Shown piece by piece: positions 1-7,039 of a DNA stretch of 13,010 bases; the stretch's first letter is position 1; each line of letters opens with the position of its first letter. The notes under the pieces were generated by a model that was not told the origin of the DNA, made no database searches, and was given only the letters and a program-made list of their open reading frames with translations. Location: the NCBI GenBank assembly GCA_048885865.1, contig JBHLLF010000064.1:1-13010 (forward strand), given 5' to 3'. A program made the translations under genes and the position numbers. Source of the stretch: Candidatus Hermodarchaeota archaeon. GTDB lineage: Archaea > Asgardarchaeota > Thorarchaeia > Thorarchaeales > Thorarchaeaceae.

Positions 1-615
1 AAGGGGATATTCAAGTGGATGGTGATTCCCTCATCAAGACTCCACCCATCTATCGCACCATTGAATCGATACTATGGTGTCTACACTAACGGGGGCATCA
101 AGACACGAGGTATTGAAACCAGACGACGAGACACCTGTCTGTATGTGGGTGATTGCCAGGCTTCAATGCTCAAGGTGTTTGCCTGGGCCCAAAACAAGGC
201 CGAATTCATAGAGAAGATACCGGAGGCACATTTAGTATGTCAGGAGTTCATTGAGAGGCTCTATAGAGGAGATGTTGACATCCGGGACTTGGTCCTACAT
301 AATCGCCTCACACGTGAACCACACGAGTACCGTGCGACATCAAGAGCGGCAATAGTTGCTCAGCAGCTTGTAGAGAGCGGTCGAGAATTGCATGCAGGAC
401 AGAAGGTACGCTATGTTCTCGTGAGTGCAGACTCAGAGAGCCCTCTGCGCCGTGTCAGGGCACTTGAGTTATTTGATGATGCCACGAGATATGACCCCAA
501 GGCGTATGCGGACCTCTGCCTAAGAGCATTTGAGAATCTGATACCACATCAGTTTCTTGACGAACAGGATTTACCCTCAAAAGAGGATGTTCTAGCGCAC
601 GCGCCAAAGCTCTGA
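1..615 (+). CDS. Family B DNA polymerase, C-terminal palm/thumb part (archaeal PolB2-like); 5'-truncated by the window edge
   Basis: Frame 1 is open from base 1 (KGIFKWMVIP...), so the ATG at 19 is internal. It carries PolB C-terminal motifs NRYYG, KTRGIETRRRD, G-Q-K-V-R-Y-V and YDxxxY. The (E/K)GxxKW...P.LNRYYG pattern is what I recall for the PolB2 group. Confidence 0.85.
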   Translation, partial: KGIFKWMVIPSSRLHPSIAPLNRYYGVYTNGGIKTRGIETRRRDTCLYVGDCQASMLKVFAWAQNKAEFIEKIPEAHLVCQEFIERLYRGDVDIRDLVLHNRLTREPHEYRATSRAAIVAQQLVESGRELHAGQKVRYVLVSADSESPLRRVRALELFDDATRYDPKAYADLCLRAFENLIPHQFLDEQDLPSKEDVLAHAPKL

Positions 616-622
616 GGAGTTT

Positions 623-1963
623 CTATTCAGTGATAGCGTGGGCTTGCATAGCAATTCTGGGCTTGAGTTCACGCACTGGAATGCCAGTTTCCTTGGAAAC
701 CTTCATGACGTCATCGGCTTCAGGTTTGATGTTGATTATACTCCCATCAACACCTCGTGAAACCTTCACACGAACCATGAACTCCATGCCCTCAATCTCC
801 ATCTTGCACACAATGGTCTCTCTTGCCGCCTTGAGTCGATCCCAAGTTGTGTATCGAATTCCCAAAGTTCCGAGATGTCTGATCATGATTTCTGCGATAT
901 TCTGCAAGCCGGATTTAGCTGCAATCACCTTGACCACATAAGCAGGACGATTCTTCTTTCCATAGGCAGGAATCATCACAACATCATAGGCAAGGCCTCC
1001 TGACAGGAGGGTATCGAACATGGTTCCCATTATTTCGCCATCAATGTCATCAACAGTGGTTTCGATAACGACTACTTCATCCGCACTCCATGAATCAATC
1101 ATCCCAGCTCTATCCTCCTTTTTCTTTGGTGCATCTCTTTTCTTTGCAGGTTCTTTCTTGGGTGGTGCTTTCTTGGTTGCCTTCTTTAGTTCAGGCTTGG
1201 TTTCATCAGCAAACTCACCGACGATTACTCTCATTCGGTTAGTCACATCGCCAAGGTCACGAGAACCGAATCCAACACCCTGTTGCTTGACCATGAACCC
1301 TTCAGATGATTCCACAAACTCAGTTGCCAGTGTGGCCAGAAGAGCAGCGCCTGTTGGCGTGAGGACTTCTGTTTTTGCCTCACCCATTATGAATGGAACC
1401 TCGTTTGTCACGAGTATTTCAGCTACAGCAGGGACAGGCACTTCGAGCGGGCCATGTTCCGTTTCTATTGTGCCGCTCCCAACCGCTACATGAGTTGCAA
1501 TTATCCTAGTATCAGTTAGAAGGCCTGAACGTTCCATAAGATAGGCAGTTCCAATTAAATCGAGGATGGTATCGACCGAACCCGTTTCATGAAGATGTAG
1601 CTTGTCAATCGGGGTTTCATGTGCTCTCGATTCAGCCTGCAGAATCTCATTCAATGCTCTCTGAGCTATTTGCTTCGCAGGTGGTGATAGCTCCAATTCC
1701 TCAGCAACTGCATCCAACATTTCAATCAGGTCATTGGGTCTGAATCGCATCTCGGGGTCCTTTGAAACCTCCAATCGAACTCCTGACTGGTCATCTTCAG
1801 TCTTAGTGGTGAATCGAACCCTTAATGCTGGATCATATAGCAATAGACTTGCAGCCACGGGAAGAAGAGCATCGTCTTCACCCAGAAAATCGACTAGTGC
1901 AGATAGAAACATGTCCCCTGATGTGCCAGCAGTCCTGACATCAATAAGGACGGTTTTTGTCAA
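623..1963 (-). CDS. larC: Nickel-pincer nucleotide cofactor biosynthesis protein LarC (nickel insertase), single-chain
   Basis: N-terminal AGTSGDMFLSAL, AESRAH...HLHETGSVDTILDLIG, HGPLEVPVPAV, TPTGAALL and GVGFG motifs. The C-terminal domain has ETTVDD..GE, KKNRP, TLGIR, VKV and KPEADD. TTG start with GGAG upstream. Confidence 0.92.
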   Translation of the reverse strand: MTKTVLIDVRTAGTSGDMFLSALVDFLGEDDALLPVAASLLLYDPALRVRFTTKTEDDQSGVRLEVSKDPEMRFRPNDLIEMLDAVAEELELSPPAKQIAQRALNEILQAESRAHETPIDKLHLHETGSVDTILDLIGTAYLMERSGLLTDTRIIATHVAVGSGTIETEHGPLEVPVPAVAEILVTNEVPFIMGEAKTEVLTPTGAALLATLATEFVESSEGFMVKQQGVGFGSRDLGDVTNRMRVIVGEFADETKPELKKATKKAPPKKEPAKKRDAPKKKEDRAGMIDSWSADEVVVIETTVDDIDGEIMGTMFDTLLSGGLAYDVVMIPAYGKKNRPAYVVKVIAAKSGLQNIAEIMIRHLGTLGIRYTTWDRLKAARETIVCKMEIEGMEFMVRVKVSRGVDGSIINIKPEADDVMKVSKETGIPVRELKPRIAMQAHAITE

Positions 1964-2004
1964 TTCGTCATTCTCCGGTATGATCGATTGTCCAACTCAT
2001 GGCG

Positions 2005-2044
2005 CAACTAAGTCGCCCTTTTCTTTCTTTCGAGGGCGTAGTTG
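2005..2044. repeat. Imperfect inverted repeat (CAACTA-agt-CGCCCT ... AGGGCG-TAGTTG) upstream of larC
   Basis: The 6-bp and 6-bp stems with a 3-nt bulge are directly visible. The loop is T-rich on the + strand and A-rich on the - strand. Confidence 0.7.
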
Positions 2045-2137
2045 ACTGGGCTTTGCGGTCAGACTAGAATTCTTGCGGGTAGCCTAAATAATGTTGCCAG
2101 CACGAATAATTGAGCTCTGCGGCGAAAGTGAGTGTAC

Positions 2138-2169
2138 ATCCGAACATTAGAGGACTCTTCGATTCGGAT
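2138..2169 (-). repeat. Hairpin immediately after the cofE stop codon (ATCCGAA ... TTCGGAT)
   Basis: There is a perfect 7-bp inverted repeat, extendable by a G-U pair in the minus-strand RNA, with an inner AGA-GUCC-UCU mini-stem. Confidence 0.6.
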
Positions 2170-2982
2170 TCATTCTTTGAATGTCATCCGCGCATTTCTT
2201 TTCGTCGCAGAGCCACCTCGCCGCCATTGTTCAAAGATTGCCATGTACATGCACTCCTGCGGACTAATCCACATATCAGAAGAGTCAAACGACTCATCGA
2301 TGAACTCGGCTGGTGCAGAACGAATCAAGGCCGCAGGTATTGATTCATCGGACTCACCCATCACTGCAGTACATGCAGAAGCAAGATTGTCTGCAATTGC
2401 TCGTCTAGTTATCCTCATTTCATTGCCAAAGAGATCAGTTCGTCCTCTGTCATCAGCCACCGGTCGAAATCCAGCCACACCAAGTGCCATCCCAATATTC
2501 CCAAGGCGGAGTGGTTGAGTCCTGCTATCAATAATCATAACTCCGATGTCTATCCCATATCGATTATGTGCTTCCCGTCTGATTCGTTCAGCGCTCCCCT
2601 TAGGGTCGGTCGGTAACAGAGATGCGTATCCGGGTGGCACATTGGACTTGTCCACCCCAGCATTGGCCATGAGTGTGTTGTTTTTGATGGTTAGAATCAC
2701 ATATGGAATCCCACCGAGAATCTCGTCCGCCTCTCTGAGCACTAGCTCTGCAACCTCAGGCAAAAGATCGTACTCATCAGCAAGCTCGATGGCTTCCTCA
2801 CTAGGGTCAACTCTAGCAAGTTTGACTACCCGTCCTTCAGCAGTTCCTAATGGAGTTTCCGCAATCCCGAGGATGTCGTGATTCTTCAACTCGAGACCCT
2901 GTGATTCTAGTGCACCAATGAGGACTTCAAGAATGTCATCATTCTCAGAGATGATACGCGTCTTAATGGGAAAGATTTGCAT
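2170..2982 (-). CDS. cofE: Coenzyme F420-0:L-glutamate ligase (CofE family)
   Basis: Motifs AEGRVV, ANAGVDKSN, LLPTDP, IIDSRTQPLRLG, GVAG, DxRGRTDLFGNEM.IT, ADNLAS and MGESDESIPAALIR. The start is moved from the ORF-track TTG at 3033 to ATG 2982 (MQIFPIKT), which has a GAGGTG Shine-Dalgarno and matches the family N-terminus. Confidence 0.9.
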   Translation of the reverse strand: MQIFPIKTRIISENDDILEVLIGALESQGLELKNHDILGIAETPLGTAEGRVVKLARVDPSEEAIELADEYDLLPEVAELVLREADEILGGIPYVILTIKNNTLMANAGVDKSNVPPGYASLLPTDPKGSAERIRREAHNRYGIDIGVMIIDSRTQPLRLGNIGMALGVAGFRPVADDRGRTDLFGNEMRITRRAIADNLASACTAVMGESDESIPAALIRSAPAEFIDESFDSSDMWISPQECMYMAIFEQWRRGGSATKRNARMTFKE

Positions 2983-3017
2983 CAGTGACACCTCTGCTCC
3001 GGCGTGGAGACACACTA

Positions 3018-3025
3018 AGATAAAA
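3018..3025 (-). promoter_or_regulatory. Possible TATA-like box (TTTTATCT, preceded by purine-rich GAGAGG) for cofE
   Basis: It lies in the 60-nt gap between the marker-14 stop and the cofE ATG, about 35 nt upstream of the start and upstream of the SD. Confidence 0.4.
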
Positions 3026-3042
3026 CCTCTCAATGAACATAA

Positions 3043-4479
3043 TTAAGCCTTGGATTTCTTCGACCGCTGAAGCTTCATCCTGGCATCCATTATGCATTTG
3101 TCACCCTTTCGACCGCCCATTGGATTGTGAATAGTACCCATAGAATTCATACACCGAGCGGCAACAGCCGCCCCCATTGCCAGACCATCCTCGACTATTA
3201 GCATTTGCCTTGATTCAGTCCATTTTCTGCCGCTGTCTGTAAGCAGTTGTGAATTAGCAATTCTAGGCTTATTTCCTGTTGTGATGGCCCTTCCTGTGAG
3301 CCCCAGAGAAGTACCCTCCAGAATTAGACCTTCTGAGAATGCTAGGTCCACCAAGCGCTGTACCACTTGAACCTGCACGCAATCTATTACGGCTAGCAAA
3401 GCATCGGTACCGAATTCTTCAGCAATGTCCTTTCCAATCATCCCCAAGTCTGAAAGGCGAGACCCATTCACTCCGGAGTCCACGCCTATCAGAGTTACCT
3501 CAGATTCAATAGCTGCTTTCACATCAACTGGAACCATCCCAAATCTAGTAGTTCCCTTTGATATCGCCTCAACTCGAATATTGGCATGAACTTCATCTAT
3601 CAAGTCATTGTCGACATCAATCCTTCGAGGCCGCGCTGAGTCGCGGACATCAAGCAGAGAGCCAGTCCGTTCCTCCACGATTCCTGTTCCTCTGACCAAC
3701 GCATCTGGTATTGCTCCAGCTAGGCCAGCAAATGATCCAATGGTCTTTGCATATGGATGTCCATCATCTGTTACTCTACCAGCAAGAGTAGTCCCGAAGT
3801 CAAGGGTCATAACGGGGTTTCTAAAGTCCACATTTGCAATCTTTGCAGCTCCTTTCAATCCAGCTGTGACGAGCTCGCCCTCCATCTCATTTGCGACTAT
3901 CTCAGCATTAGAGGGGGGAAGAGAACTGGCTACAGCACCGTCAAAGTATACCTTATGGAGCCAAGTGAAGTCTCTCAGACTTAGCGGAAGATTCTCCGGT
4001 GAAATGGAAGCAGTCATCTTTCTTGGAGCTACACCCGTAGCTAGACAGCCCTCCGCAAGCGCTTTGACGATGGCTCCGACTTCCTCCGGCTCCGCGAATC
4101 CTGCATTGACTCCTGTAGAACGAACAACAAAATGGAGGTCCTTATCGATGTCAAGTCGTGCGCGGGCGAGTGCGGTTCTAAGTATATCAGACACCATCTC
4201 AGCAACTGACTCTTTAGTCAAGTCTATGCCAGTGAGTGTGTGACCAAAGACCTCCTCGCCATTTAGTGGAGGGCGAACATCCCTGGTCATTCGAACTTCC
4301 TTTTCGATTTCGAAGATTTCAGCAGTTTCGAGATTTGTCGATACAATCACACATTTTGTGGTGGTGTTTCCAAGTTCAACTGATGCAACGGTGTAGTAAG
4401 GTCCCATTCGAAGACTAGAAGGTCCAATGCTACGCGGGCGAATCAGTTTCAATTTTCCTTCTCCTTTTCCATCATTCAT
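3043..4479 (-). CDS. Methanogenesis marker protein 14 (DUF2114 family), ASKHA-fold putative ATPase
   Basis: Recognised family signature YYTVASVELGNTTTKC...KEVRMTRDVRPP..GEEVFG, plus FVVRSTGV, ANEMEGELVTAG, DFRNP..TLDFGTTLAGR, GLAGAIPDA and C-terminal EDGLAMGAAVAARCMNSMG..NPMGG..G.KCI. Its position directly after mtrH matches the usual context. ATGA overlap with the mtrH stop. Confidence 0.88.
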   Translation of the reverse strand: MNDGKGEGKLKLIRPRSIGPSSLRMGPYYTVASVELGNTTTKCVIVSTNLETAEIFEIEKEVRMTRDVRPPLNGEEVFGHTLTGIDLTKESVAEMVSDILRTALARARLDIDKDLHFVVRSTGVNAGFAEPEEVGAIVKALAEGCLATGVAPRKMTASISPENLPLSLRDFTWLHKVYFDGAVASSLPPSNAEIVANEMEGELVTAGLKGAAKIANVDFRNPVMTLDFGTTLAGRVTDDGHPYAKTIGSFAGLAGAIPDALVRGTGIVEERTGSLLDVRDSARPRRIDVDNDLIDEVHANIRVEAISKGTTRFGMVPVDVKAAIESEVTLIGVDSGVNGSRLSDLGMIGKDIAEEFGTDALLAVIDCVQVQVVQRLVDLAFSEGLILEGTSLGLTGRAITTGNKPRIANSQLLTDSGRKWTESRQMLIVEDGLAMGAAVAARCMNSMGTIHNPMGGRKGDKCIMDARMKLQRSKKSKA

Positions 4480-5411
4480 AGAAGTTTCCTGAAGGGGTGA
4501 TTCGCTGGTGGCTCTAGACCCATTTCCATCTTTGCAGACTCGGCCGAAAAGATATCTGCCATTGCTACCGCTGGAAACACTCTATCTGCATTGCCTATAG
4601 GACCGTAAAGGAGAAAATCAGCTCCCAGTGACTGAACAACTAGATTCGAGGCAATATCACATATCTTGTACGCTTCTCGGTTCTCCTTTCTATATTGCTT
4701 TAGCCAAGTCCATGACGATGCGGCATTATGAATCCCCGAACCTGTAGGATGACCATACAGTGTTTTTGATACAAATGTGAAAGAGACCGCGGCGCCAGCT
4801 CCAGCCCCCATAGCTGTTGTAGCTGTATCAATCAAGGGTTTATTCACCCCTACATCTTCTGCGATGGACAGTAGTCCCTGCTTCAGCGACGCAGCGCCTT
4901 CGTCAAGTATAGCCCTACGACCTGCTGTCGATGAGTCTTGCGGATTGAAGGCAAGCACGATTGCACACTCATGTTGGATATCACGCAGAGCATCAATCTC
5001 TTCCATAGTCACGGATATGTTGATAGAGTTGTAGATTGCCTTGTCGATGAGTCCAATCTCCTCAGAATAACGCAATCCTTCCACGCGTACCATAGGGTCT
5101 GTAGAGTCAATGATGAATGGCGCATCCGTCAAGGCAGATACAAAATCTATGTATTTCTCCATGGCACTTGCCGACTCAGCGAATATCTGAACCATTGCAG
5201 GGTTTCCTGTCATATCAGACATCGTTTCTTGCCCGTTGATCAGATTCTCTGCTGCACTCGTATCCACTATCCCTTTGGAGGCATCTTGTACTATCTTGTG
5301 TCCTCCATAGAAGATGGTCCCGGCCAGAACTGTTGGCGTTTCTCCGGGATTGCCCCCTATCTTTACGCCACCAACGTCATAGATGTACTGTTCTTTCTGA
5401 AACACAAACAA
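4476..5411 (-). CDS. mtrH: Tetrahydromethanopterin S-methyltransferase subunit H (canonical MtrH-family pterin:corrinoid methyltransferase)
   Basis: MFVFQKEQ...GGNPGETPTVLAGTIFY.GHKIV.D..KG, PFIIDST, IYNSIN, LIDTA, G.PTGSGIHN..S.W.WL and GADFLLYGPI. TTG start with a GGAG SD, 3 nt after the mtrA stop. Confidence 0.93.
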   Translation of the reverse strand: MFVFQKEQYIYDVGGVKIGGNPGETPTVLAGTIFYGGHKIVQDASKGIVDTSAAENLINGQETMSDMTGNPAMVQIFAESASAMEKYIDFVSALTDAPFIIDSTDPMVRVEGLRYSEEIGLIDKAIYNSINISVTMEEIDALRDIQHECAIVLAFNPQDSSTAGRRAILDEGAASLKQGLLSIAEDVGVNKPLIDTATTAMGAGAGAAVSFTFVSKTLYGHPTGSGIHNAASSWTWLKQYRKENREAYKICDIASNLVVQSLGADFLLYGPIGNADRVFPAVAMADIFSAESAKMEMGLEPPANHPFRKLL

Positions 5412-5414
5412 TGT

Positions 5415-6098
5415 CTACAACTCCTTCCCAATTAGAGCCGTTCCAGACTCAGTGGAATGAACTTCAATTCCGATAGATGACGGATGAGCAGTGATTATAG
5501 CACCGGCTTCTTGAGAAGCAACCAAGAAAGAGAAAGGGTTCAGTGACACCCCATATTCTGGAAGCAGAGTAATTGAAGCCCCAATTCCAATTCTTTCTGC
5601 TGTGCTTGCAGCCCCTCTGAAATCAATAAACATGGGTTCTTCATCAAAGGACCCTGGATTCTTGGCTTGCAGCTTTGCAGCCTTTTCAGATATATCATCA
5701 GCATGAGAGTTGTTCATCATGTCCACGAATTCAATCTGTTGCCTAAATCGCTCCACGCCTTCAAGGGGCACATTCTCAATGTAGGGAATGGCTCCGGGTG
5801 CGTCCACTATCTTACGTGTATCGGCGTCAACGCCGTTTTCGTAGAGAGCCTTCATAGATGAGCCAGTCAAATGACCAGGAACCTCAGGCCCTGCAAGAAT
5901 CAAGAAACGAATGGAAGGATTGGAGATCACATTGATGATGACCCGCTCAATTCCAATATTCTCAGTCTTACATGTACCAATTATGGCAAAGTCTCCGGGA
6001 ACATGGAACTTCTTACCTAATGTACAGATTGCTACAGAGTGATCGGGGTCTCCAACCTCGAAATCTCCAGGCACATGAGGCCAATTATTCGCAGACAC
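5415..6098 (-). CDS. mtrA: MtrA-family corrinoid-binding protein, soluble (no membrane anchor), with a C-terminal extension
   Basis: WP..PGD..VGDP..SVAICTLG, G.CKTENIGIERVIINVISNP.IRFLIL.G.EV.GH.TG (cobamide His ligand at about residue 76), GAIPYIEN, ERFRQQIE.VD and PG.F.EEPM. GTG start with an AGGAGGT SD. Confidence 0.93.
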   Translation of the reverse strand: MSANNWPHVPGDFEVGDPDHSVAICTLGKKFHVPGDFAIIGTCKTENIGIERVIINVISNPSIRFLILAGPEVPGHLTGSSMKALYENGVDADTRKIVDAPGAIPYIENVPLEGVERFRQQIEFVDMMNNSHADDISEKAAKLQAKNPGSFDEEPMFIDFRGAASTAERIGIGASITLLPEYGVSLNPFSFLVASQEAGAIITAHPSSIGIEVHSTESGTALIGKEL

Positions 6099-6109
6099 GA
6101 TGAAACCTC

Positions 6110-7027
6110 CTATTCCCCCGCCTTTGGCTCGAAGAGATGTTTCGTTGTTCCAAGCACTTGGCTAGCTTCCTCAACCGCAGAAAAAATGGCGTTCTGTATT
6201 AGCGCCACAGCTGCAAATACCTCCTGAGACCTTCTCATGGAGCCATACATTATGCAATCTGTAGCGAATAGTTGGGCTGCCACTATTGAGGCTACTACTG
6301 ATGAATTGACTATATCCTCCTTATCTAGACCCTGCTCCGTGATGAACTTCCAAGCCGATGGTGCATTATGTGGTGCTAGACATGTAGGCAAACCCAGCTC
6401 AGACTTTACTGCGACATTCGTTCTCAGTTCTAATCCATATCCTGCTCCCACAGGCATCGTTCCAGGATCAATAACGAATTTCTCTATCCCCAATCCCTTC
6501 GCATCAGAAACTATTGCCTCAATTACATCCATCCGTTCCTTCAGCGAGCTGGCCTTCGGGGACCATCCTAGTACAACAGCCATACTGAGTTGACTGTCTC
6601 TCAAGAATGCACGTTCATCCTCGTCCATGGACATATTGATCGAATTGTAGATTGCTCTCCCTGTTAAGCCAGCCTCATTGCAGAAGTCGGTAGCCCGCTT
6701 CTTGGCGCTAACATTGGGGGATTCATACATGAAGGGGCCATCGAAATTCTCAGCTAGCCATGATAGATGACGCTCCATAGCAATGCCCGATCGCCCATAT
6801 ACTTCCACAATCATTGGATGACCTGTTCTCTCGGACATGCCAATCCCAGCATCAAGCCATTCCTTTGCGGTCTTCTTGTCAAAGAGACCCTCTTTTGTGC
6901 TCTCAACAATTGATTGTCCTTTAAAGAAGAGTCCCCCCACAAGGACTGTTGGATTCTCTCCTGGATAGCCTCCGATTGTTATACCACTGAAATCAAACGA
7001 CTTCTGTTCTTTCTTAAAGACAAACAT
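6110..7027 (-). CDS. mtrH: Second, divergent MtrH-family methyltransferase paralog
   Basis: MFVFKKEQ...IGGYPGENPTVLVG, GLFDK, AIYNSIN, VIDP, G.PT...PHNAPSAW and D..MYG. It is clearly homologous to the downstream MtrH but has altered motifs. A GAGGT SD overlaps the metF stop. Confidence 0.88.
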   Translation of the reverse strand: MFVFKKEQKSFDFSGITIGGYPGENPTVLVGGLFFKGQSIVESTKEGLFDKKTAKEWLDAGIGMSERTGHPMIVEVYGRSGIAMERHLSWLAENFDGPFMYESPNVSAKKRATDFCNEAGLTGRAIYNSINMSMDEDERAFLRDSQLSMAVVLGWSPKASSLKERMDVIEAIVSDAKGLGIEKFVIDPGTMPVGAGYGLELRTNVAVKSELGLPTCLAPHNAPSAWKFITEQGLDKEDIVNSSVVASIVAAQLFATDCIMYGSMRRSQEVFAAVALIQNAIFSAVEEASQVLGTTKHLFEPKAGE

Positions 7028-7039
7028 TCTTGTTCAACC

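Noticed and set aside
1105-1210. Programmed frameshift in larC at the A-rich domain junction
   Set aside because: The ORF is continuous in one frame through both domains, so no frameshift is needed.
2059-2139. Short minus-strand ORF MYTHFRRRAQLFVLATLFRLPARILV in the cofE-larC gap
   Set aside because: It is only 26 codons, has no clear SD and no recognisable homology, so it cannot be supported.
2130-2175. SECIS-like look of the hairpin after cofE (AUGA-10 nt-AA-ministem on the minus strand), suggesting UGA readthrough as selenocysteine
   Set aside because: The 3' side of the core reads GU rather than the required GA and the spacing is short. The UGA is the hairpin's own base, and no nearby gene has an internal UGA at a conserved Cys position.
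2983-3033. 17-aa N-terminal extension of CofE in the ORF track
   Set aside because: The region contains the SD and a TATA-like box, and family homology starts at ATG 2982.
3043-7027. Interpreting the mtr genes and marker 14 as evidence of a methanogen with Na+-pumping Mtr
   Set aside because: No mtrB-G or mcr genes are in the window and MtrA lacks its membrane anchor. Methanogenesis cannot be inferred from this window.
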